Virus record (IMG/VR): IMGVR_UViG_3300043788_000023
Coordinates: 64,001-128,000 of that record
Origin: a virus
Direction: 5' to 3' (one strand)
Length of the DNA stretch: 64,000 nt
This document shows, one piece after another, positions 1 through 7,824 of the stretch. Position 1 is the stretch's first letter, and the number at the start of each line of letters is the position of its first letter. A model generated the notes under the pieces. The model searched no databases. It was not told the DNA's origin and saw only the letters and a list, made by a program, of their open reading frames with translations. The position numbers and the translations under genes are program-made.

Positions 1-176
1 TAATCGTAGCCCCGCTTGCCCTTGCCGAGTTCTTTGAGGTTGACGTAGAGATGTTGAGCGTGGTTGAACAGGCGGGACTGCCGTGCGTTGTAGGACGCAA
101 TCAGGTCGCGTCGGACGGGGCCAAATTCCTTGGTGCTGAGCTTGATTTCGCCTCGTTCCCACTCGTTTCTGCTCAT
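1..176 (-). CDS. hypothetical protein, partial (runs off window start; MSRNEWERGEIKLSTKEFGPVRRD...)
   Basis: Not in ORF track; manually translated open frame from ATG at 176 with GGAGGG upstream and a sigma70-like promoter at 197-226. Confidence 0.6.
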   Translation of the reverse strand, partial: MSRNEWERGEIKLSTKEFGPVRRDLIASYNARQSRLFNHAQHLYVNLKELGKGKRGYD

Positions 177-196
177 TCGTCATTCCCTCCAGCTAT

Positions 197-226
197 AGTA
201 TACAGCGAGGAGGCTCGGAATGTCCA
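197..226 (-). promoter_or_regulatory. sigma70-type promoter TGGACA-N18-TATACT
   Basis: CTGGACATT...GCTGTATACT on minus strand; same boxes, flanks and spacing as 28673-28702. Confidence 0.7.
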
Positions 227-252
227 GCCATAAGTGACAGAAAAATAAGAAC

Positions 253-468
253 TTATATGTGATGTGGGGGTCTTACGACCGTCAGAACCACGTGGAATTC
301 CACGTCTGCATTCTCGGGGGAGGCTAAAACAGTGTCGTATTCTCCCTTGAGTTGGCGGGCTGCTTCCTCAAAGGCTGCGTCCTGCCCGTGATCCGTGCGG
401 GACGAAGGAGTGACGATGGCGTGCTTTGCGGTGATGCCGGGGACACTTGCGTGACAAAACGTATCCAC
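253..468 (-). CDS. hypothetical protein (71 aa)
   Basis: GTG start preceded by AGAGG; co-oriented with neighbours. Confidence 0.6.
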   Translation of the reverse strand: MDTFCHASVPGITAKHAIVTPSSRTDHGQDAAFEEAARQLKGEYDTVLASPENADVEFHVVLTVVRPPHHI

Positions 469-484
469 GTTGCACCTCTTTTAG

Positions 485-1447
485 TTAACGCTTCGCTGCT
501 GCCGCCTTGTTACCGGGCGTCTCGCCCTTACCCTGAGACTGCGGGATGTTCTTGACGAACTCTTCCGCTGCGGGAGCCTGCGGCGTGCCGGGGGAGACGA
601 TCTGCGTTAGCGGACGTGTCCTTCCCTGCTTGCCTGCGCCAACTTCGGTCTTGCCTTGAGCCTGCGGAATATCCTTGACGAACGACTCGGCTGATGCCGG
701 GGTTTCGTTGGCACGACGACGGCGGGCGGATGCGTTCACTGCCTCGCCCTGCGCCTGCGGGATTTCCATCTTCTTCGGGGCTTCGGGCTTACCCTCGCTG
801 TTGCGGTCGGTCACGAAACCTGCTGCGCCGGGGCCGCTGTTTGCTACACGGGGGACGTCAACCTGCTCGGGAGTCTTGGGCTGTCCACTCTCGTCACGGT
901 CAGTTGCGAACCAATCGGAGCCAGCGCCTTCCTTGATCTCTTCGTCAACCGGGGCTTCCTCTTCAATACCTTCGGCGATCTCTTCGCCTTCTGCCTCGCC
1001 GTGTTCAATCTCGGCAACGCCTTCCTCGGCGAATGCTTCCTCTGCCGGGGTAGCGTTCAGGTCAACACCAAGCTGATCGGCCGCCAGTTCCAGAGTTCCG
1101 GCGATCTCGTCAAGGCTCTTGTATGCCTCTTGGACTGCCTCGGCGAGCAGTTCGGGGGATTCCTCGGCGTAACGTACGAATTCCTTGGCGTACTTCCGGG
1201 CTGCCGCCACACGAACCTTGAGAGACGCACCCTTGGGGGCTTGGACGAGGTCTAGGTTATCCCTGAGATTCTGAAAGCCCTCGGCTGCTGCTACGCAAAG
1301 CTCAGCCAGCTTGGCGAGCTTCTTCTCAAAGTCGGTCGCGCCTTCCGTTGCGGCGTGGCGCATCTGCGCCCACTTCGCCTTGGTCGCCGCCTGCTTTTCA
1401 GCCTTGCGGGCTTGGATTTTCTTCAGTAATTCGGCTCGATTTGCCAT
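485..1447 (-). CDS. putative internal head/scaffold-like protein with repeats (320 aa, MANRAELL...)
   Basis: Start moved to ATG 1447 (GAGAGG RBS); acidic/Ala-rich, K-x-A motifs, F.TDR...VPRVA and IPQ[AS]QG repeats. Confidence 0.6.
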   Translation of the reverse strand: MANRAELLKKIQARKAEKQAATKAKWAQMRHAATEGATDFEKKLAKLAELCVAAAEGFQNLRDNLDLVQAPKGASLKVRVAAARKYAKEFVRYAEESPELLAEAVQEAYKSLDEIAGTLELAADQLGVDLNATPAEEAFAEEGVAEIEHGEAEGEEIAEGIEEEAPVDEEIKEGAGSDWFATDRDESGQPKTPEQVDVPRVANSGPGAAGFVTDRNSEGKPEAPKKMEIPQAQGEAVNASARRRRANETPASAESFVKDIPQAQGKTEVGAGKQGRTRPLTQIVSPGTPQAPAAEEFVKNIPQSQGKGETPGNKAAAAKR

Positions 1448-1478
1448 AGATAGCCTCTCTCTTAATGGGTTCCGTAGC

Positions 1479-4400
1479 TTAAATGTCCTGTGCCAAGTCC
1501 AAATCGCAATCCTCGCAGAGCCACCCCGCAGCAGGCTGTGTTGGGTCTGAGGCACTTGAAAAATCCTCGGACACACGCCACTGTACGTCGGGTTTCTCCA
1601 AGCCACACTGTTCGCACTTTGCCATGTGCGGCGGCCATGTCTTGCGTTCTTCCTCGGTGTACATCTCCGGGTTAGCCAGAGCTTCTGGGTCAATTTCGCC
1701 GCTGAACCCTGCATCCGCCATAAGACGGTGTTCTTCCGCCGTGATCAGAGCGCCCATCATGTGATACTTGGCGTTTGGAAGTTCCGGCTCAACGGTGTGC
1801 TTTTTCACGAGCGGTTGCTTCCCGCTCCCGTTTCCTGGGTCCTCTTCACTCGGCATGATCGCCACGGTAGTGCCGCCCGGTGCGGCGGGCTGTACCTGCG
1901 GACGGACGAGGTTCATCTGCTGCTGCACGTTCGGGGGAGGCGGCGCTGCGGGTGCAGCAGCGGCGTCTTTCATTCCAGTCAGCAAGCCGTTGGTGGAAGG
2001 ACCGCTAGTCCTGTGCTCGTAGAAATTCTCACGCCAGAGATCACCAGCGCCACGGTCATCGTCATTGCCGCTGTTAGACCCTGCTGCGGTCTTCTGTTGC
2101 GAACGGTACCAGAGATCAACTTCCTTGTCCATGGCGTCGTCTGTGTCTTGGTATGGAATGTCTTCCTCGTAGTCTTTGCGGGACCACATCGGCTTTTGCA
2201 TCCACCAAGACGCGCCGTGCCACTCCTCGTCCTTGGTCCAGCCGTGCGCTACCAGCCACTCTTCCTTCTTGTCCTGCGGAAGGACGAACAGAATGTCAAG
2301 GTTGTACTCGTCGGGAATAGCCTCTTCCCCGCCAGCAGCGGTGTGCTGCTCAGTCTCTTCAAATACGGACTCGCACTTCGGGCAGATGTAATCTTTCTTG
2401 GGTGCAGCAACACCACTCGGGTCGGAAAGCTCGTTCAGGCGCAGCGGAGTTCCGCAGTCCGGGCAAGGTATCTCAGACTCGGGCAGGGTGCGGACGAAAG
2501 CACGTTCCTCTTCATCCAACCTCCCGCCTATCCATTCCAGCCCTGACTGCTTGTCAAACTGATCCAAGCGTTCCGCCTCGTACATGGCGTCAACATCCGG
2601 CTCGGGACCTTCCTCAAACTCTCCACCGACTTCGCCCATTCTCTCAATGGCACTCCACTCGTCGCCGGGCATCTCACGGTAGTCACGCACGGGACTGCCG
2701 GACACCAATCCGCCCGTGTAAGTGAACTCGTCGCAGTCATCGCACCAAATCTTGTAAGTTTCGGGATCAGGCGCATCAATTTCCACATTGGAGCCGTGGC
2801 ACTTCGGGCACGTAATTTCCTCAGGGTCGGCGCTTGCCATATTGGACATCTCACCCTCGGTGCCTGGCGGAACGTTCACAATTTTCGGCGTGATGCCGGG
2901 TGTGCGTGGCGCAGTCATCGGTGCATTCGGGCTGTGCGGTCCGGGGGCTTGGTCAATCGCTTCGGGCACAGCCATAGGCTCGCCCTTGCCGGGAGTATTC
3001 GGCGTTGTCACGTTCTGTTCCTGCATCGTGACCGTGGTGTTACCGCTGCCCTGCGCCTTCTTTCCAGTCAGCGGAAGAGGCTTCGGCGAACGGCGTGGGA
3101 TCATACGCTTCTCTACTTCAACTGGTTTGGTCTCACGAACAAGCTCTGGCGATTCAACCCCGGTTGGAGATACAGGGAACACTGCTTGCGAACCGCAGGT
3201 CTCGCACCCGCCGCCCTTGTTGTCAAGCAGACCAACCGCACCGCAGTCCATGCACTGCCAGTTTCCCGTCTCGGATTCACGGGTTTGTAGTGGATGGGTT
3301 GGAATGACAGGGTCTTGGGGACGCTTGTGCAAAGGCGTGGGCTTTCTGGGTTCATCAATGTTGAGAAGAGAGGAAGGGTCCACAGCCTTTTTGCCCAAAC
3401 TGGGAAGCCCGCCAGAAACCGTGCGGTAGTCCATTTCTGACTTCCGAGGCTTGAGGATAGCTTCTGTGTCTGCCTCCCATTGCTTTCTGTTCTTCCGCTT
3501 TGCTTCTGCTTTGCGTTCCTTCTCTTTCTGAGGATCACACCCTTTGAGGTGCCTCTCCAACAAGTCATGCCGAATCCTGCGAGAGCAGCGGGGGCACTCT
3601 TCGTTGTGCATATCGCCAGCCGCCATGCGGGGTTCCCTGAGTTCCGTTGTGTCCGACTCGCCCGACACGTACGCCGTGTCCGGGTAGGTTTCGTTGCTGA
3701 TTGCCTGACCGTCCGCATCGTTGAATTCGTGCGGGAGCATTGCCTTCTTGCCAGCGGTGTTCATGCCACGTAGGAAGTCCTTATCGGTGTCCTGCTCAAT
3801 CTGGCTCAGTGTGTCGTCAATCTTGCTGGGTGCAGCATACCCTTCTTGTTCACGCTCGGGGTAGAACGCCTTCCATTCATCAATGATGTCGGACTGTCCC
3901 TTGCCGTCTTCCTCATGCTCCAAGATCATCTGGTTGAGGTACTGGTAGCCTTCGGTAGTTAGCGGGTTCTCCAAGAATTCACCGCAATGGGCGCAGTGCT
4001 CGGGTCCGTCGGATTCTTGGTTGTAGTATGGACCCTTCGGGTACTTGTCGGAGTCGTAGGATGCTTCGTCGCTCGGGTTAGCAGGCGTGTAGCCCTTCTT
4101 GTCAAGACGACGCTTCAGTGCATCGCCGCAAGCCTCACAGTAAACGTCGGACTGGTAAATATACTCGCCCTTGCCGGGGTTGTACGCCGCCTTCTCCATG
4201 GCGAACTTGTGCGCCACACTTGCGAGGATCGGGTCTTTCTCTTCCGGCACAAGGTAGGCAGGCTGCGCATGACGGCGTGGTTGTAGCCTTCCGGCGTTTG
4301 TGAAGGAGAACGCATGCTCCTTGAGCCATTGTTCGTCGGTCTGTAGCGGAATCGTGGGGTGCTGGTGTCCCTCGGCCGAGTTCGTGTTGACGTACGGCTC

Positions 4401-5918
4401 GTTCCGCACATCGCACTTGTCGCAGTGATAGACCTCGCCACGACGCTTGTTGTCCGAGGTCCAGCGATAGATGAAGGCGTCCTGCACCTGCCTGATCATG
4501 TCAGGCGTAAGCTGGTCGCCACGTATCAACCTTGCAGTCTTGCTGGCGGCTTCTTTCATGTTGCCGCCGCAGTGCGGGCACTGGAGGTTGTTGCTGTCGG
4601 AACCGTTGCTAGTGCGGTGGCACTTCATGCAGGTGAACTTCTCGTCCTTGGCTCCGACCTTGGCAGCTTCGGACACGCTTTCGGTCGGCTGGTGGATGTC
4701 AGGGTCTACGACATCCGGGTTCTCGGTGTTGGAAATCGCTTCCGTGAAGTCACCCTCAACTCCAGCAGTGTTCAGCGAGGAAACCATGGCTGGCCGTGCG
4801 CGTTCCTTATGGCGACGATCTTTGCGTTCACGCTGGGTGCGCTCGTTGCGGATGACATTCATCAGGTCAACGAAAATGTTCTTGTCCCCAAGTTCGTCGC
4901 TGTGGGACGTGATGAACTGTTCAATCATGTCGGGAAGGCGGCCGAAGTAGTCCTTGAACGAACCGAAGCTCAGCCCAGTTGTTTTGATCCACTCTTGCTC
5001 AAGGTCGCTGCGTTTGACGTCTGCGTCTTCGTCCGTCTGGAGGATGCGCCAGAAGATGTCAAACATCAGAATGAAGCTGTCGGCTGCCTTCTGACCCTGA
5101 GTCTCCCCCAGCCACTTGGCGAAGCCTTGGCGGAACTTCGTGATGTCCCTCTTCGCTTCCACGCTTTGGAACTCGGTCTCGCCGACGCCGTACTCCTCGG
5201 TGTCAAGGATGTTGACTTCCCCCTCGCTCTCGTCGGTCATGCCCGGCTGCCACATGGATACTTCTTCTTCCGGGTTACGTGCGTTGATCTTGTTCTGCAT
5301 CTCCTCAACGCGGAGGAAGAAAGCACGGGTAAGCCACTCGGTGAGCTTGGACGCGGCGTTCTGCCTGTTCACGCCGAGGCTCTTTGACTTGGCAACGAAC
5401 TGCGAAAGCGTGTCGCGTTCGCCGAGGACGTTGAACAGCATCTCGCCGATGAGTTCGTCCTTGATAATCTGTTGATCCTCGGCATCGCCACGTCCGTGGA
5501 CGTAGAGTTTGGAGGAGATGGACTTCTGGAGGAAATTGGCCCAGCGGAAAGCCTGACCGTCACGCCCCACGGGGAATGGCAGGGGGCTGTCCTTGTGCTG
5601 TTCGTTGTAGCGTTCAATGTACGAGTTGATGTACAGGTCAAAATCGCGGTTGTAGGCGAGGTGGTACTTTAGCCATGCTGCAAAACGTGCAGTGGCGGCG
5701 GCAACAGGGCGGAAATTGTGAGGCGTCTGGACAGGCTGCCCTTGGAGGTTCGCCAGCTTGACGGCGTAACCGTCCGGCCCGGCGATCTTCGACGCTACGC
5801 GGTAGACGGAACCGTCGATGCCTCTTACGATCTGACCCGGCTCCGGGGAGGGAAGCTTGGCGGACGCTGCCTTCGGCTGACGGTCATCGTCACCGAAGAT
5901 CAACGCTGCATACTTCAT
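1479..5918 (-). CDS. large multidomain putative head polyprotein (1479 aa): N-terminal sigma-like region, multiple CxxC zinc ribbons
   Basis: Long ORF, GAGAGGGAG RBS; segments separated by SKTA/GKKA/QKTA/QHTA-type motifs; at least 8 CxxC...CxxC-type modules. Confidence 0.7.
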   Translation of the reverse strand: MKYAALIFGDDDRQPKAASAKLPSPEPGQIVRGIDGSVYRVASKIAGPDGYAVKLANLQGQPVQTPHNFRPVAAATARFAAWLKYHLAYNRDFDLYINSYIERYNEQHKDSPLPFPVGRDGQAFRWANFLQKSISSKLYVHGRGDAEDQQIIKDELIGEMLFNVLGERDTLSQFVAKSKSLGVNRQNAASKLTEWLTRAFFLRVEEMQNKINARNPEEEVSMWQPGMTDESEGEVNILDTEEYGVGETEFQSVEAKRDITKFRQGFAKWLGETQGQKAADSFILMFDIFWRILQTDEDADVKRSDLEQEWIKTTGLSFGSFKDYFGRLPDMIEQFITSHSDELGDKNIFVDLMNVIRNERTQRERKDRRHKERARPAMVSSLNTAGVEGDFTEAISNTENPDVVDPDIHQPTESVSEAAKVGAKDEKFTCMKCHRTSNGSDSNNLQCPHCGGNMKEAASKTARLIRGDQLTPDMIRQVQDAFIYRWTSDNKRRGEVYHCDKCDVRNEPYVNTNSAEGHQHPTIPLQTDEQWLKEHAFSFTNAGRLQPRRHAQPAYLVPEEKDPILASVAHKFAMEKAAYNPGKGEYIYQSDVYCEACGDALKRRLDKKGYTPANPSDEASYDSDKYPKGPYYNQESDGPEHCAHCGEFLENPLTTEGYQYLNQMILEHEEDGKGQSDIIDEWKAFYPEREQEGYAAPSKIDDTLSQIEQDTDKDFLRGMNTAGKKAMLPHEFNDADGQAISNETYPDTAYVSGESDTTELREPRMAAGDMHNEECPRCSRRIRHDLLERHLKGCDPQKEKERKAEAKRKNRKQWEADTEAILKPRKSEMDYRTVSGGLPSLGKKAVDPSSLLNIDEPRKPTPLHKRPQDPVIPTHPLQTRESETGNWQCMDCGAVGLLDNKGGGCETCGSQAVFPVSPTGVESPELVRETKPVEVEKRMIPRRSPKPLPLTGKKAQGSGNTTVTMQEQNVTTPNTPGKGEPMAVPEAIDQAPGPHSPNAPMTAPRTPGITPKIVNVPPGTEGEMSNMASADPEEITCPKCHGSNVEIDAPDPETYKIWCDDCDEFTYTGGLVSGSPVRDYREMPGDEWSAIERMGEVGGEFEEGPEPDVDAMYEAERLDQFDKQSGLEWIGGRLDEEERAFVRTLPESEIPCPDCGTPLRLNELSDPSGVAAPKKDYICPKCESVFEETEQHTAAGGEEAIPDEYNLDILFVLPQDKKEEWLVAHGWTKDEEWHGASWWMQKPMWSRKDYEEDIPYQDTDDAMDKEVDLWYRSQQKTAAGSNSGNDDDRGAGDLWRENFYEHRTSGPSTNGLLTGMKDAAAAPAAPPPPNVQQQMNLVRPQVQPAAPGGTTVAIMPSEEDPGNGSGKQPLVKKHTVEPELPNAKYHMMGALITAEEHRLMADAGFSGEIDPEALANPEMYTEEERKTWPPHMAKCEQCGLEKPDVQWRVSEDFSSASDPTQPAAGWLCEDCDLDLAQDI

Positions 5919-5930
5919 CTGCTCCCTCTC

Positions 5931-6167
5931 TTAGTCGAGGATTTTGTCGTTCGGGTCAAAGTCCTGACCAGCGTCTTCCTTCAGCGCCGACTGGAGGAGG
6001 TCAAGGTACTCGTCGTGATCCTTGAACGCCTGCGGTGCCTCGGGTGCGCCGTTCTGATCGCGAACGTCGCCTGCTGCTGCGGACTTGGTGCCGGACATCT
6101 TGTCGTACTCGGACGCGAACAGCGAGTTCATGTTGTCAGCGTCGATTTTGGCGATCTTTTTTGCCAT
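5931..6167 (-). CDS. small acidic protein (MAKKIAKIDAD..., 78 aa)
   Basis: ATG 6167 with AGGAG RBS; K-x-A motifs. Confidence 0.65.
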   Translation of the reverse strand: MAKKIAKIDADNMNSLFASEYDKMSGTKSAAAGDVRDQNGAPEAPQAFKDHDEYLDLLQSALKEDAGQDFDPNDKILD

Positions 6168-6235
6168 GGTCTTTGCTCCTTGCAAGGGGCGGGGATAGTT
6201 TCCCCTACAGAAGGGGCGGAAATACGAGTTTTGCA

Positions 6236-7177
6236 TCAAGTGATGGTGATATTGGCGCTTGACGACACACCTGGGATGGCGACATGGGCGAAGTTGTATC
6301 CTTGCAGCGTAAGCGAGATATTCTGCGTGAATCCAGCCGCCACCACGTAAAGTCCTGATCCGCTTGTACTTATGAACCCAGTGTCAAAGCCAGAGGGCTG
6401 GTAATCTATGCCATTGTTGCCCGTGATCCTGATGAACGCCACGTTGAGCGTGCTCCACAACAGGCTGATGGTCTGGTGGATCGTCGCCGTAGACGGGACA
6501 GGGAAAAGCTGAGCCGATGGCGGTAGGGTATTGTCGCCGTTCAGGCTGAAGGACGCTATCAAGGCGAAGCCGGGCACCTCAACTATCGTGGTAGCCGGGA
6601 CGTTGATGACTTGCTGGGTCAGGATGTTTGAATTTGACGGGTTGTGGTTACCGCTGTTGCCGGGTCCCGTGTACAAGGCTTGTATGGTGTGCAGACCTGG
6701 AATCAGGATAGTGGTTGAACCCTGTGCCGTGGATGTCGTGGTGCTGATTGAATTCCCGGCTTGACTCACCTGAATCTGCGCCGTGTAGACCCCATTGACC
6801 GTGAAGCTCGTGGAAGTCGCTGAGGCTATGGCGACGTTGGTCTGGTTGAATTGAACTCCGTTGGGGACACTCAACGTGTTGAAGAATCCAGAAGTGGTGA
6901 CACGCTGTCCCGGTGCGAAACTGTTCGCTGCGATGTACGTCGCAACCGAGGTAGACGACTGAATCGCCGTGACGGACGCTGTCAAAGGCGAGAGGGAACC
7001 GCTTCCGAAACCGAATGAGCCATCCGCTACGAAGAACACGGCTCCGGTTGGTGCTGTGTTGGGGTTCGGATCGCCCGTAACCGGGTCGGACACCGTAGCT
7101 GTAAATGTGACCTCGTCCTCAAAGTTGGACGGTTGCTCGCCACTGACTACGAATGTGAATGAGTCATTAAGCGGCAT
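6236..7177 (-). CDS. virion structural protein with Ig-like (Big_3-type) domain
   Basis: VTFTATV...PTG.V.F...G.H.I.A.Y.G..N...S.S pattern; Thr/Ser/Gly-rich; TAATG coupling. Confidence 0.6.
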   Translation of the reverse strand: MPLNDSFTFVVSGEQPSNFEDEVTFTATVSDPVTGDPNPNTAPTGAVFFVADGSFGFGSGSLSPLTASVTAIQSSTSVATYIAANSFAPGQRVTTSGFFNTLSVPNGVQFNQTNVAIASATSTSFTVNGVYTAQIQVSQAGNSISTTTSTAQGSTTILIPGLHTIQALYTGPGNSGNHNPSNSNILTQQVINVPATTIVEVPGFALIASFSLNGDNTLPPSAQLFPVPSTATIHQTISLLWSTLNVAFIRITGNNGIDYQPSGFDTGFISTSGSGLYVVAAGFTQNISLTLQGYNFAHVAIPGVSSSANITIT

Positions 7178-7821
7178 TATGCGACCCCCGGAAGGAACGT
7201 AACGTAGAAGCCCACCTTCTGTATCCCCGGAGGAGACGGGAGGTCAACGTGCTGCACGGCGACTGTCGCCACATTGGTGTCAAGCGGATGCACGGCGATC
7301 ACGGGCTTGTTGATGTAGACCGAAAGGTTGGTGTTGTTATTGTAGACCACCTGCGTTCCGAGAATCGTGCTGAAATCGGGAGTCGCAGAAGTGTAGAGCG
7401 TGTGCCTCGTGCCATCGTCAACCAGCATGCAGTACGCCGGAGGCGTGCTGTGTTGTGCGTAGGTGGTGGAAAAAGTGAACGCCGTGGAAAACGGGAGGCT
7501 GATTGGGCTGATCGGTTCGGAGAAATTCCGTGCCGTGTATGGAGCGTAGAACATCGCACCGTTGGTGTTTGTCCAGTACAGGTGAACGACGCCCTGCGGT
7601 GGCTGCTGAATAACCGACAGCCATTGGACACCGCCCGTGACCAAAATCTGGATCGTGGACAGCCCGGACAGCGTGGACGAGTTGGCTTGCTTGACTCTCA
7701 GTTCGTTGGACGTTGAGATGTAAAAGAACACATCTGCGCCAGCGAGATTGCCGTAGCCACGTGCGCCGAGGTTAGACCCAACGGCTGTCGGGTCAAAATA
7801 GTGATCCTGCAAGATTGGCAT
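7177..7821 (-). CDS. putative tail/baseplate structural protein
   Basis: Beta-rich composition, coupled within structural cluster. Confidence 0.5.
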   Translation of the reverse strand: MPILQDHYFDPTAVGSNLGARGYGNLAGADVFFYISTSNELRVKQANSSTLSGLSTIQILVTGGVQWLSVIQQPPQGVVHLYWTNTNGAMFYAPYTARNFSEPISPISLPFSTAFTFSTTYAQHSTPPAYCMLVDDGTRHTLYTSATPDFSTILGTQVVYNNNTNLSVYINKPVIAVHPLDTNVATVAVQHVDLPSPPGIQKVGFYVTFLPGVA

Positions 7822-7824
7822 TCA

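Noticed and set aside
1448-1714. N-terminal extensions given by the ORF track (also for the genes at 18883, 30690, 40785, 51451, 52952, 55742)
   Set aside because: They overlap upstream genes or terminators; downstream starts fit RBS, coupling or motif onset better
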